Positions 50,801 to 63,292 of a DNA stretch of 64,000 nucleotides are shown here, in pieces; position 1 is the stretch's first letter, and every line of letters begins with the position of its first letter. The notes under the pieces are model-generated. The model had not been told where the DNA came from. It worked only from the letters and a program-made list of their open reading frames with translations, and searched no databases. Source of the DNA: Eledone cirrhosa (Eukaryota); contig OZ024744.1 in the NCBI GenBank assembly GCA_964016885.1, positions 50,282,001 to 50,346,000 of the forward strand, in the 5' to 3' direction. The position numbers and the translations under genes are program-made.

Positions 50801-53800
50801 CTGTAAAGTATTAGTGTTGGTGCCATCATTACATGTACCCTGTCCATTCTGTAAAGTGTTAGTGTTGGTGCCATCATTACATGTACCCTGTCCACCCTGT
50901 AAAGTGTTAGTGTTGGTGCCATCATTAAATGTACCCTGTCCATCCTGTAAAGTGTTAGCGTTGGTGCCATCAGTACATGTACCCTGTCCACCCTGTAAAG
51001 TATTAGTGTTGGTGCCATCATTACATGTACCCTGTCCATCCTGAAAAGTGTTAGTGTTGGTGTCATCATTACATGTACCCTGTCCACCCTGTAAAGTATT
51101 AGTGTTGGTGCCATCATTACATGTACCCTGTCCACCCTGTAAAGTATTAGTGTTGGTACCATCATTACATTTACCCTGTCCATCCTGTAAAGTGTTAGTT
51201 TTGATGCCATCATTACATGTACCCTGTCCACCCTGTAAAGTGTTAGTGTTGAAGCTATCATTACATGTACCCTGTCCACCCTGTAAAGTATTAGTGTTCG
51301 TGCCATCACTATATGTACCCTGTCCATCCTGTAAAGTGTTAGTGTTGGTGTCATCATTACATGTACCCTGTCCATCCTGTAAAGTGTTAGTTTTGATGCC
51401 ATCATTACATGTACCCTGTCCACCCTGTAAAGTGTTAGTGTTGATGCTATCATTACATGTACCCTGTCCACCCTGTAAAGTATTAGTGTTGGTGCCATCA
51501 TTACACGTACCCTGTCCATCCTGTAAAGTGTTAGTGTTGGTGCCATCATTACATGTACCCTGTCCATCCTGTAAAGTGTTAGTGTTGATGCCATCATTAA
51601 ATGTACACTGTCCATCCTGTAAAGTGTTAGTGTTGGTGCCATCATTAAATGTACCCTGTCCACCCTGTAAAGTATTAGTGTTGGTGCCATCATTACATGT
51701 ACCCTGTCCATCCTGTAAAGTATTAGTGTTGGTGCCATCATTTAATGTACCCTGTCCATCGTGTAAAGTGTTAGTGTTGGTGCCATCATTACATGTACCG
51801 TGTCCATCCTGTAAAGTGTTAGTGTTGGTGCCATCCTTACATGTACCCTGTCCACCCTGTAAAGTGTTAGTGTTGGTGCCATCATTACATGTACCCTGTC
51901 CATCCTGTAAAGTATTAGTGTTGGTGCCATCATTACATGTACCATGTCCATCCTGTAAAGTGTTAGTGTTGGTGCCATCCTTACATGTACCCTGTCCACC
52001 CTGTAAAGTGTTAGTGTTGGTGCCATCATTACATGTACCGTGTCCATCCTGTAGATTGTTAGTGTTGGTGCCATCATTAAATGTACCCTGTCCACCCTGT
52101 AAAGTGTTAGTGTTGGTGCCATCATTAAATGTACCCTGTCCATCCTGAAAAGTGTTAGTGTTGGTGTCATCATTACATGTACCTTGTCCATCCTGTAAAG
52201 TGTTAGTGTTGGTGCCATCATTAAATGTACCCTGTCCATCCTGTAAAGTGTTAGTGTTGGTTCCATCATTACATGTACCCTGTCCATCCTGTAAAGGGTT
52301 AGTGTTGGTGCCATCATTACATGTACCCTGTCCACCCTGTAAAGTGTTAGTGTTGGTGCCATCATTACATGTACCCTGTCCACCCTGTAAAGTATTAGTG
52401 TTGGTGCCATCATTACATCTACCCTGTCCACCCTGTAAAGTATTAGTGTTGATGCCATCATTACATGTACCCTGTCCATCCTGTAAAGTATTAGTGTTGG
52501 TGCCATCATTAAATGTACCCTGTCCATCATGTAAAGTATTAGTGTTGGTGCCATCTTTAAATGTACCCTGTCCATCCTGTAAAGTGTTAGTGTTGGTGCC
52601 ATCATTACATGTACCCTGTCCATCCTTTAAAGTGTTTGCGTTGGTGCCATCAGTACATGTACCCTATCCATCCTGTAAAGTGTTAGAGTTGGTGCCATCA
52701 TTACATGTACCCTGTCCACCCTGTGAAGTATTAGTGTTGGTGCCATCATTACATGTACCCTGTCTATCCTGTAAAGTATTAGTGTTACTGTCTATCCTGT
52801 AAAGTATTAGTGTTGGTTCCATCATTACATGTACCCTGTCCATCCTGTAAAGTGTTAGTGTTGGTGCCATCATTACATTTACACTGTCCATCCTATAAAG
52901 TGTTAGTGTTGGTGCCATCATTACATGTACCCTGTCCACCCTGTAAAGTATTAATGTTGGTGCCATCATTACATGTACCCTGTCCATCCTGTAAAGTATT
53001 AGTGTTGGTGCCATCATTACATGTACCATGTCCATCCTGTAAAGTGTTAGTGTTGGTGCCATCCTTACATGTACCCTGTCCACCCTGTAAAGTGTTAGTG
53101 TTGGTGCCATCATTACATGTACCGTGTCCATCCTGTAGATTGTTAGTGTTGGTGCCATCATTAAATGTACCCTGTCCACCCTGTAAAGTGTTAGTGTTGG
53201 TGCCATCATTAAATGTACCCTGTCCATCCTGAAAAGTGTTAGTGTTGGTGTCATCATTACATGTACCTTGTCCATCCTGTAAAGTGTTAGTGTTGGTGCC
53301 ATCATTAAATGTACCCTGTCCATCCTGTAAAGTGTTAGTGTTGGTTCCATCATTACATGTACCCTGTCCATCCTGTAAAGGGTTAGTGTTGGTGCCATCA
53401 TTACATGTACCCTGTCCACCCTGTAAAGTGTTAGTGTTGGTGCCATCATTACATGTACCCTGTCCACCCTGTAAAGTATTAGTGTTGGTGCCATCATTAC
53501 ATCTACCCTGTCCACCCTGTAAAGTATTAGTGTTGATGCCATCATTACATGTACCCTGTCCATCCTGTAAAGTATTAGTGTTGGTGCCATCATTAAATGT
53601 ACCCTGTCCATCATGTAAAGTATTAGTGTTGGTGCCATCTTTAAATGTACCCTGTCCATCCTGTAAAGTGTTAGTGTTGGTGCCATCATTACATGTACCC
53701 TGTCCATCCTTTAAAGTGTTTGCGTTGGTGCCATCAGTACATGTACCCTATCCATCCTGTAAAGTGTTAGAGTTGGTGCCATCATTACATGTACCCTGTC

Positions 53801-56800
53801 CACCCTGTGAAGTATTAGTGTTGGTGCCATCATTACATGTACCCTGTCTATCCTGTAAAGTATTAGTGTTACTGTCTATCCTGTAAAGTATTAGTGTTGG
53901 TTCCATCATTACATGTACCCTGTCCATCCTGTAAAGTGTTAGTGTTGGTGCCATCATTACATTTACACTGTCCATCCTGTAAAGTGTTAGTGTTGGTGCC
54001 ATCATTACATGTACCCTGTCCACCCTGTAAAGTATTAATGTTGGTGCCATCATTACATGTACCCTGTCCACCCTGTAAAGTATTAGTGTTGGTGCCATCA
54101 TTACATGTACCCTGTCCACCCTGGAAAGTGTTAGTGTTGGTGCCATCATTATATGTACCCTGTCCACCCTGTAAAGTATTAGTGTTGGTGCCATCATTAC
54201 ATGTACCCTGTCCATCCTGTAAAGTGTTAGTGTTGGTGCCATCATTACATGTACCCTGTCCACCCTGTAAAGTATTAGTGTTGGTGCCATCATTACATGT
54301 ACCCTGTCCACCCTGTAAAGTATTAGTGTTGGTACCATCATTACATGTACCCTGTCCATCCTGTAAAGTGTTAGTTTTGATGCCATCATTACATGTACCC
54401 TGTCCACCCTGTAAAGTGTTAGTGTTGATGCTATCATTACATGTACCCTGTCCATCCTGTAAAGTGTTAGTGTTGATGCCATCATTACATGTACCCTGTC
54501 CATCCTGTAAAGTGTTAGTTTTGATGCCATCATTACATGTACCCTGTCCACCCTGTAAAGTGTTAGTGTTGATGCTATCATTACATGTACCCTGTCCATC
54601 CTGTAAAGTGTTAGTGTTGGTGCCATCATTACATGTACCCTGTCCATCCTGTAAAGTGTTAGTGTTGGTGCCATCATTACATGTACCCTGTCCATCCTCT
54701 AAAGTGTTAGTTTTGATGCCATCATTACATGTACCCTGTCCATCCTGTAAAGTGTTAGTGTTGGTGCCATCACTAAATGTACCCTCTCCATCCTGTAAAG
54801 TATTAGTGTTGGTGCCATCATTACATGTACCCTGTCCATCCTGTAAAGTATTAGTGTTGGTGCCATCATTACATGTACCCTGTCCATCCTGTAAAGTATT
54901 AGTGTTGGTGCCATCATTACATGTGCCCTGTCCATCCTGTAAAGTGTTAGTGTTGGTGCCATCATTACATGTACCCTGTCCATCCTGTAAAGTGTTACTG
55001 TTGGTGCCATCATTACATGTACCCTGTCCACCCTGTAAAGTATTAGTGTTGGTGCCATCATTACATGTACCCTGTCCACCCTGTAAAGTATTAGTGTTGG
55101 TGCCATCATTACATGTACCCTGTCCACCCTGTAAAGTATTAGTGTTGGTGCCATCATTACATGTACCCTGTCCACCCTGTAAAGTATTAGTGTTGGTGCC
55201 ATCATTACATGTACCCTGTCCATCCTGTAAAGTATTAGTGTTGGTGCCATCATTACATGTACCCTGTCCATCCTGTAAGGTGTTAGTGTTGGAGCCATCA
55301 TTACATGTACCCTGTCCACCCTGTAAAGTGTTAGTGTTGGTGCCATCATTAAATGTACCCTGTCCATCCTGTAAAGTATTAGTGTTGGTGCCATCATTAC
55401 ATGTACCCTGTCCACCCTGTAAAGTATTAGTGTTGGTGCCATCATTACATATACCCTGTCCATCCTGTAAAGTGTTAGTGTTGGTGCCATCATTACATAT
55501 ACCCTGTCCACCCTGTAAAGTATTAGTGTTGATGCCATCATTACATGTACCCTGTCCATCCTGAAAAGTGTTAGTGTTGGTGCCATCATTACATGTACCC
55601 TGTCCACCCCGTAAAGTATTAGTGTTGGTGCCATCATTACATGTACCCTGTCCACCCTGTAAAGTATTAGTGTTGGTACCATCATTACATGTACCCTGTC
55701 CATCCTGTAAAGTGTTAGTTTTGATGCCATCATTACATGTACCCTGTCCACCCTGTAAAGTGTTAGTGTTGATGCTATCATTACATGTACCCTGTCCACC
55801 CTGTAAAGTATTAGTGTTGGTTCTATCACTATATGTACCCTGTCCATCCTGTAAAGTGTTAGTTTTGATGCCATCATTACATGTACCCTGTCCACCCTGT
55901 AAAGTATTAGTGTTGGTGCCCTCATTACATATACCCTGTCCATCCTGTAAAGTGTTAGTGTTGGTGCCATCATTACATGTACCCTGTCCACCCTGTAAAG
56001 TATTAGTGTTGGTGCCATCATTACATGTACCCTGTCCATCCTGAAAAGTGTTAGTGTTGGTGCCATCATTACATGTACCCTGTCCACCCTGTAAAGTATT
56101 AGTGTTGGTGCCATCATTACATGTACCCTGTCCACCCTGTAAAGTATTAGTGTTGGTACCATCATTACATGTGCCCTGTCCATCCTGTAAAGTGTTAGTT
56201 TTGATGCCATCATTACATGTACCCTGTCCACCCTGTAAAGTGTTAGTGTTGATGCTATCATTACATGTACCCTGTCCACCCTGTAAAGTATTAGTGTTGG
56301 TTCCATCACTATATGTACCCTGTCCATCCTGTAAAGTGTTAGTTTTGATGCCATCATTACATGTACCCTGTCCACCCTGTAAAGTGTTAGTGTTGATGCT
56401 ATCATTACATGTACCCTGTCCACCCTGTAAAGTATTAGTGTTGGTGCCATCATTACACGTACCCTGTCCACCCTGTAAAGTGTTAGTGTTGGTGCTATCA
56501 TTACATGTACCCTGTCCACCCTGTAAAGTATTAGTGTTGGTTCTATCACTATATGTACCCTGTCCATCCTGTAAAGTGTTAGTTTTGATGCCATCATTAC
56601 ATGTACCCTGTCCACCCTGTAAAGTATTAGTGTTGGTGCCCTCATTACATATACCCTGTCCATCCTGTAAAGTGTTAGTGTTGGTGCCATCATTACATGT
56701 ACCCTGTCCACCCTGTAAAGTATTAGTGTTGGTGCCATCATTACATGTACCCTGTCCATCCTGAAAAGTGTTAGTGTTGGTGCCATCATTACATGTACCC

Positions 56801-57276
56801 TGTCCACCCTGTAAAGTATTAGTGTTGGTGCCATCATTACATGTACCCTGTCCACCCTGTAAAGTATTAGTGTTGGTACCATCATTACATGTGCCCTGTC
56901 CATCCTGTAAAGTGTTAGTTTTGATGCCATCATTACATGTACCCTGTCCACCCTGTAAAGTGTTAGTGTTGATGCTATCATTACATGTACCCTGTCCACC
57001 CTGTAAAGTATTAGTGTTGGTTCCATCACTATATGTACCCTGTCCATCCTGTAAAGTGTTAGTTTTGATGCCATCATTACATGTACCCTGTCCACCCTGT
57101 AAAGTGTTAGTGTTGATGCTATCATTACATGTACCCTGTCCACCCTGTAAAGTATTAGTGTTGGTGCCATCATTACACGTACCCTGTCCACCCTGTAAAG
57201 TGTTAGTGTTGGTGCCATCATTACATGTACCCTGTCCACCCTGTAAAGTGTTAGTGCTGGTACCATGATTAAATGT
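26853..57276. repeat. 48-bp tandem satellite/minisatellite array, ~30.4 kb, ~630 monomers
   Basis: Consensus TAAAGTGTTAGTGTTGGTGCCATCATTACATGTACCCTGTCCATCCTG; monomers usually differ by 0-3 substitutions; local higher-order periods. Confidence 0.98.
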
Positions 57277-57898
57277 GTAGCGAATAGGAATGTAGTGAAG
57301 TGGATAGTGAGTAGATGTAGCGATGGGAGGAATTGGCTTGTGATTTTTGTTGGCTTGCTGGGTGATTATGTATAAAATAAAAATTGTCCTATATATAAGT
57401 GCTGTGTGAAATGCTGATGAATGAACAAATAAAACATGATCGCTACTAAAATATATTTATTAAATCAATAGCCTGCTACGAGGCTATTGTTCAAAATGTA
57501 ATGAAAACAAGGCATAGGTTGTTGTGATATATGCATGTGTGCAATGATTCAAAAGATGGTATTTACTGTACTTCTGTAATGAAATGATAGTTGTTTGTCA
57601 CTCAGTGAGAGAGAGAGGGTGGAAGAGAAAGAGAGAAAGAGGATGGGAGAAGGAGCGAGAGAGACCTAGAGGGGTCTGTGTGAGATTTTTTACTACATCT
57701 TAACTGGTCGAAATCATTTGTGCAACTGCTTATGATGTCCTCTTCCGAGAAACCAAAGTGGAATGTCTTTAAGAATATCTTATCTCCTTTAACCACAAGC
57801 TGGCCTATTTCGCCAGACTACAGTTGCCAATCTGAGATAAAGAAATACAGTATTCCTGTATCGATTGGAGGTCAGTATGTGTGGAGAGATTTCGCTGC

Positions 57899-58020
57899 AA
57901 ATGTACACTGTCCACCGAGAAAAGTGTTAATGCCTTTGCCGTGATTAAATGTATCCCGTTCACCCTGTAAAGTGTTAGTATTAGTGACATGATAATATTA
58001 TCTTGTCCATCCTATAAAGT
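57899..58020. repeat. About 2.5 diverged relic monomers of the 48-bp satellite, detached from the main array
   Basis: aatgtacactgtccaccgagaaaagtgttaatg..attaaatgtatcccgttcaccctgtaaagtgttagtattagtgacat..tgtccatcctataaagtg, same orientation as the array. Confidence 0.85.
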
Positions 58021-58084
58021 GACAACTCTGACCATAGCGACCGGGGCGGGGAGCTTAGTCCTGCGTGAATATACAAAACCAGCT

Positions 58085-59137
58085 GAGTGATTTTAGACCG
58101 GGAGATTTTTGACAAACTCTCCCAGTCATTCCAAAAGGCAATAGGATTGATCAAATCGGAGCTACTTGAAAAAATCGACACTTTGGACTTCTATCAAAGT
58201 TTTGAAGCTCGCTACAAACATGAGAGCATATTTTGGTAAAGATGAACAATCAAAGCAGTTTTCCCAGAATCTATTAATGCTTGGGGATGGTAAACTTCCT
58301 TAGATAGAAAGGGAGCTGTTGATATAAGTCCCATAGGCACGAAGATGAAATTATTATTTCATCTCATAGAAACAGTGTTCCCTAATCTTGAATATTTGTT
58401 CACAAGTCACAGGTGGCTCAGTGAAAGGGCTATATTGGCTCCTAAAAATGTGACTGTGAAATCAAGAACTGTTAAAAATAATTCCAAAGGTTTCGAAACT
58501 CTATCAATCTGTCAACACTGTGGTGGAACAGTCGGAAGCTGTCAAATACCTGACAGAGTTCCTCAAATCTTTAGAACCACCAGGAATGGCTCCACCTTAA
58601 AGAAGGAGCGTCGATCATGTTATTGAGGAATTTGGACCCACCAAGGCTATAATACGGCACTCGATTGGTTATGAAAAATATGTATCCACACGTGATTCAA
58701 GCCAACATTTCAATAGGATGTGGTAGGGGAGAGGATATGTTCTTTCCAAGAATTCCTCTTATCCCCACCGATGTCACATTTCAATTCAAACGACTTCAAT
58801 TTCCAGTGGGTCTTAGTTTTGACATGGACATCAACAAATCTCAAGGACAAACATTTTCAATTGCCAGTTTACACCTTGAAGAGCCCTGCTTCACCCGTGA
58901 TCAGCTGTACATTGGATGTTCAAGGGTAAGAAGTCAGACAAATCTTTACATCTACGCACCAGATGGAAAAACAACAAACATTCTTTATACCATCATTATA
59001 AATTGATCCAAGTAATAAAGAAATCCATCCTCATCAAGAAGACTATCCTTCGGGGAAGACATCGGCTGACATAGAATAAAAACATTTGAAATAAAGGCAT
59101 ACTATTATTGCTCGGCAACGACAGGCTACTCAGCTAG
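58085..59137 (+). mobile_element. Helitron 3' part: decayed PIF1-type helicase C-terminus and 3' terminus
   Basis: GDF*QTLPVIPKG; LATNMR; WLSERAILAPKN; LLRNLDPPRL*YGTRL; FPRIPLIP..FKRLQFPV..DINKSQGQT..LYIGCSRV; degenerate GC hairpin (59110-59126), then CTAG|T at 59134-59138. Confidence 0.9.
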
Positions 59138-59640
59138 TATATATGCACTGTAATAACTGGTCACATACTTGAAATAAATATAGCATCACCACCACAAAGT
59201 AACTTTGTAACTCTATGCCATTCAGTAATACACACATACATGATGGCTGCCCCCTCGTTATTGAGTATGGCCATTGCACGATATACCATTATTAATAATT
59301 ATTAATTAATCCTATCGTGCAATGCCTGTGTGTGAAGATATTTTTTTAAGTGAGGAAAGACTGTGCACTGAGCCAATCCCACTCTCTGAGCGACAGTAGC
59401 TATAACCCGAAAAGAAGAACAGATCAACGTCATCGGTAACTACTGGGCCGCAGGTTTTATATCGGAGTTATCGCAGTTTCCTGAGTTGCCTTCTCCTAGA
59501 AGAAAGCCCTGACATAGGCGAGGGGTCCTTCACTCCCAGTGGTTTAACCGCGCGATCGGGTGTCCAGCCCGACTATATATGTACATACTGCGGGAAAGCT
59601 AGTTGGTGAAAACCGATCCGTATTATTGTTTACGCTTTAG

Positions 59641-59725
59641 GGCGGCGGATTGGCAGTATCGGTTGGGCGTCGGACAAGCTTTGCAACATAGAGTTAAGGC
59701 CCTTTACGTTATGGGTTTAAATTGT
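59641..59725 (+). mobile_element. Degenerate SINE 5' head
   Basis: GGCGGCGGATTGGCAGTATCGG...CTTTACGTTATGGGTTTAAATT, with A-box-like and B-box-like motifs; resembles an abundant octopus SINE head from recollection only. Confidence 0.4.
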
Positions 59726-61214
59726 TGAGAACAATTATTTCTTCTTTTTATTTTGTATATGAATGTTGGCTTTACCTCATGCACATTCATGTTTTGCATT
59801 TTTTAACACACCTGTATTAAACTTGATTCGTGCAGGGATATTGTGAGATTTTCTAACTCGACTAGTTGACGAAACGGAATAGCCTACGAACTGCAAGACA
59901 GTCTGAACTGAAAGAGGCTTGCAAATTTAAACGAATATACAGATGCATTCACCGCTTTCAATTACATCACCGATAGCTTTATATCAACCTAGTCACACAT
60001 TCTCCACTCAGTGCGGAATGCACTTTGGTTTTTTCAACACGCTGACGCGTATGTGTATAGATGTGTGCTTGTGTGAATATACACATATATATATACACAT
60101 ACATGTGTATGTGTATATGTATCTTCTGCAGCCTGCATCAGACATAAAGAGAGAGGAATACTATGAGGTATTCATAACAACAGAAGTAACAGCCTGCTTC
60201 AGACGTAAAGAGAGAGGATTAGTGTGAGGTAGTCATAGCAACAGTGGTAGCAGCCTGCATCAGTGAATGTTAGACACTGTTTTCTGTAGTTTGTCATCAT
60301 CTCTAGTGTGTGACGGAAGAACGGACGGAAGTCGCTCAAATTTATATATAGATGTGTAGAGCCTTTCACGTCTCCATATAACTAAAGCCAGTATAAGTCT
60401 CGATCCCACACATTTTTTCTTTTTTTTTTTCAAGTTGTGTTCTGGCATTTCACTGCCTTTATCGGCTTAACATACGTCGAGTTGCTCACAACTCCGTATA
60501 CTTACAGCCCAATTTAAATGTTTACGCATACATGCATACACATAGTTACACTAATTTTCCAAAAAATTTCTGCACACTGAGCACGGGAGCTATGTCTTCG
60601 ATTTATGTGGAATTCACAAAATATTTTTCTTATCTTTCTAACTGAACTAATTTCGTCGTTACAGAATAAGCTTTTCAGCATCACTTCTTCGACATAGGTG
60701 CGACTATTATTCTGCACAAATCCGCCATTGTTTTTTATGGCGAAGCTAGCTATTCTTGAATCACTGTGGAATATCGGCTGTTCAGACACACTGAGCAACT
60801 CACTGTTTCATAGACTCACGCAGCCAACCATATCGATTCCGCATGTTTCAGGGCATACTCTTGCAATCAAATTCTGCTACCTCTTCGATTTTCGATCGAT
60901 ATTCCCGTTTCTATCTAGACAGGAATCTACTGTAACAGTAATTTGATACTCTTTTCAATACGGTTTCTTTTACAATCAAATGGCCACCAAGAAGCTGACC
61001 TCTGTAGCCTCATAGATAAGTTTACATTCGCCAATATGTCTGAGATTTTGACATATCAAATAGCCATCTACTTTGTCTTGTGTTCCGGAGACAGAATGAG
61101 CGATAGTCATAAATAACCGTTTCCCAGAGTCAAGAGGATAGATGCAGAGTTAATTCCTAGCAGTTGAGATGTAGTCCACTGCTTTACACATCTAGCGAAA
61201 TCTATCCGCGCCTT

Positions 61215-61777
61215 ATGTGGGTACTGCGCCTGCACTGCGAGTGTAGAGAAATTTGGAGACAGAAAAAAAAAGTATAACTGTATATGCATGTGTGTGTGTA
61301 ACATTTAGAAGGAACTGTAAAACTACAAAGTTGTGATCATGTATTTCGAACTGTTGTGTATGGATGGGTTACGGTATCGGATTACGATATGATAACACAG
61401 AGGACTATTTCTCTCGATGTATAACCATACGTAAGATTCTTTTCAGTGAGTCGAGGTTTACGCTATGACATGAGTGTGTGCAATTTTGAGTTGCGTGCTC
61501 AGTGAGTCGAGCGATTAAGTAACTGTGTGTTGATTACCATGTGTTAAATAGCTGTTGTCAAACCTTGACCAGTTGAATCTCGATGTATTATCATATCGTA
61601 ATCCGATACCGTAACCCATCTATCCATACACAACAGTTCGAAATACATGATCACAACTTTGTATTTTTACAGTTCCTTCTAAATGTTACACACACACATG
61701 CATATACAGTTATACTATATTTCTTTTTTCTCTCTCCAAATTTCTCTACACTCGAAGTGCGGGCGCAGTACCCACAT
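61215..61777. mobile_element. Fold-back/MITE-like element with ~185-bp inverted arms
   Basis: 61215-61395 is the reverse complement of 61588-61777 with few differences; ~190-bp non-coding spacer; no clear TSD. Confidence 0.75.
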
Positions 61778-63292
61778 TTTGTGTGTTTCGAGACACGCTT
61801 CTAAGAATCAGATTTCGCTATCCCTTTTATAATCTATCGCTGCTCCAGCATCGATCTGGGTAGGGAACTAATGTAGCGAAATCTATACGCGCCTTGAACC
61901 TTGGGTGACGCCTAAAGGTCAAATTCTAGGTCAACACCCTTTTGGTGTGAACAGGTTGAGACAGGAAGTGACAGCTATATATAGAGCCTGTATCATCCTA
62001 CTTTAGCCAGAGACATCGGAGCATTACGCTAGCAACTAGCTATGTAAGAATTCACTGCTATCAATAGACCCCATGAAGTCTACAGATACACACAGAGAGA
62101 TTGGAGCCCTACTACTACAGACCATGTACAAGCCACAGTGGTCTACAACCAATCACAGACCATTCAGAGGTATGCAAACCATTACTCTCTCTCACTCACT
62201 ATGGTCTCAACTATTACCACGGACTCCAACAACAACAACAACATAATCTGTTCGCTCGCTGTGTTCACATCAAAAACATTGTCAACCTTAACAACTCTTG
62301 GTAACTATTTTTATATGTACTTTTTAACTGATTCACGTGAAGTAAACCATATATAAACCAAATCATTTATTCTTTATATTCTCGTTATTACATTTATACT
62401 TATTATTATAGTTATTTCATCTAACAACTTTGTTATTATCATATCAACTAATAACCACATATAACCATTCTATATAAATTACTTATTTCATACACTTCGT
62501 TAAACACAGACCCTGTGGGTCTCCACTCCCCTTTCTCTCTGCCAAACCAGCGAAATTCATTCCATCAACAGAAGTTTGCTAAATACATTTTTGATAATCC
62601 CTTTACAAGCAAACATACATGCTCATCATACCTGATACATAACATAACACAATTCATCTGTGGTTATTTGTTGTTTGTGTATTGTCATTTATCTTCGACG
62701 AAAGTTATATTCAATAAATTAGTAACATAGTGGCTTTGTGTTATTTAATTTCCTACGTGATCAAGGTAAATTACTTACCCAAGGAACCATCACATCATCA
62801 ACATCATCATCATCATAATGAATACTTACTTACTTGCACACCTGCAATCTCTAGTCACACTGTATCAGGCACCTCAATCTTCCCTCACCTACACTGTCCG
62901 CCACAGTGGCCACACCAGTGAGCTATCCACAAGTGAATATATATACAACAACCGAATCAACACCACAATACAACCATCCATCCTAGCATTCGACTCGCTA
63001 TATATACACCAGGTCCAAACACAATGGAACCAAACTCCCCCTGTCACTGCCTCAGTCTCTCCCGTTCTCCCCATCTCTCACTATTATGAGCAAATGGGGG
63101 TCATGTGCTGGTCTCCCGCGACCCCGGCAGACAGAATAGAGAAGGTGTTTCCCCGGAGGATGGTAAGGGAGACACGCTGGGAGAGCCATTACAGGTCGCG
63201 TGGCTCACACTCTGAAGCGATGGTGGTTATTAGAGAGGTAAGAGGCCGGATTGATCTATGGAACCTTTACACTGCATAGTCGTCAAACTATA

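Noticed and set aside
26852-57268. Giant ORFs up to 1998 aa: (MDRVHVMMAPTLTLYR)n on - and (CKVLVLVPSLHVPCPS)n on +
   Set aside because: They follow from a 48-bp unit lacking stops in those frames. Both strands are open, each frame has recurrent amplified nonsense variants and frameshifts, and common variants are not consistently synonymous.
26853-57276. CRISPR array or other repeat-spacer system
   Set aside because: Contiguous monomers with no unique spacers, no cas genes, eukaryotic context.
26853-57276. Telomeric or p53-site array (GTTAG, ACATGT)
   Set aside because: No TTAGGG/TTAGG runs; TTACATGTAC matches only the CATG core of RRRCWWGYYY.
58665-59006. Host PIF1 helicase gene
   Set aside because: Intronless, broken by stops and frameshifts, and followed by a Helitron hairpin/CTAG end.
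59240-59580. Possible RTE-related 5' UTR or SINE with a short inverted repeat (ATTGCACGATA/TATCGTGCAAT)
   Set aside because: Looks like a dispersed repeat, but I could not assign a family or boundaries from this window.
61872-62905. Solo LTR (TGTAGCG...CTACA or CGCCACA)
   Set aside because: No matching TSD, convincing PBS or second LTR; not supportable as a feature.
62818-63279. 153-aa ORF
   Set aside because: No recognisable domain, low-complexity start, no supporting gene structure.
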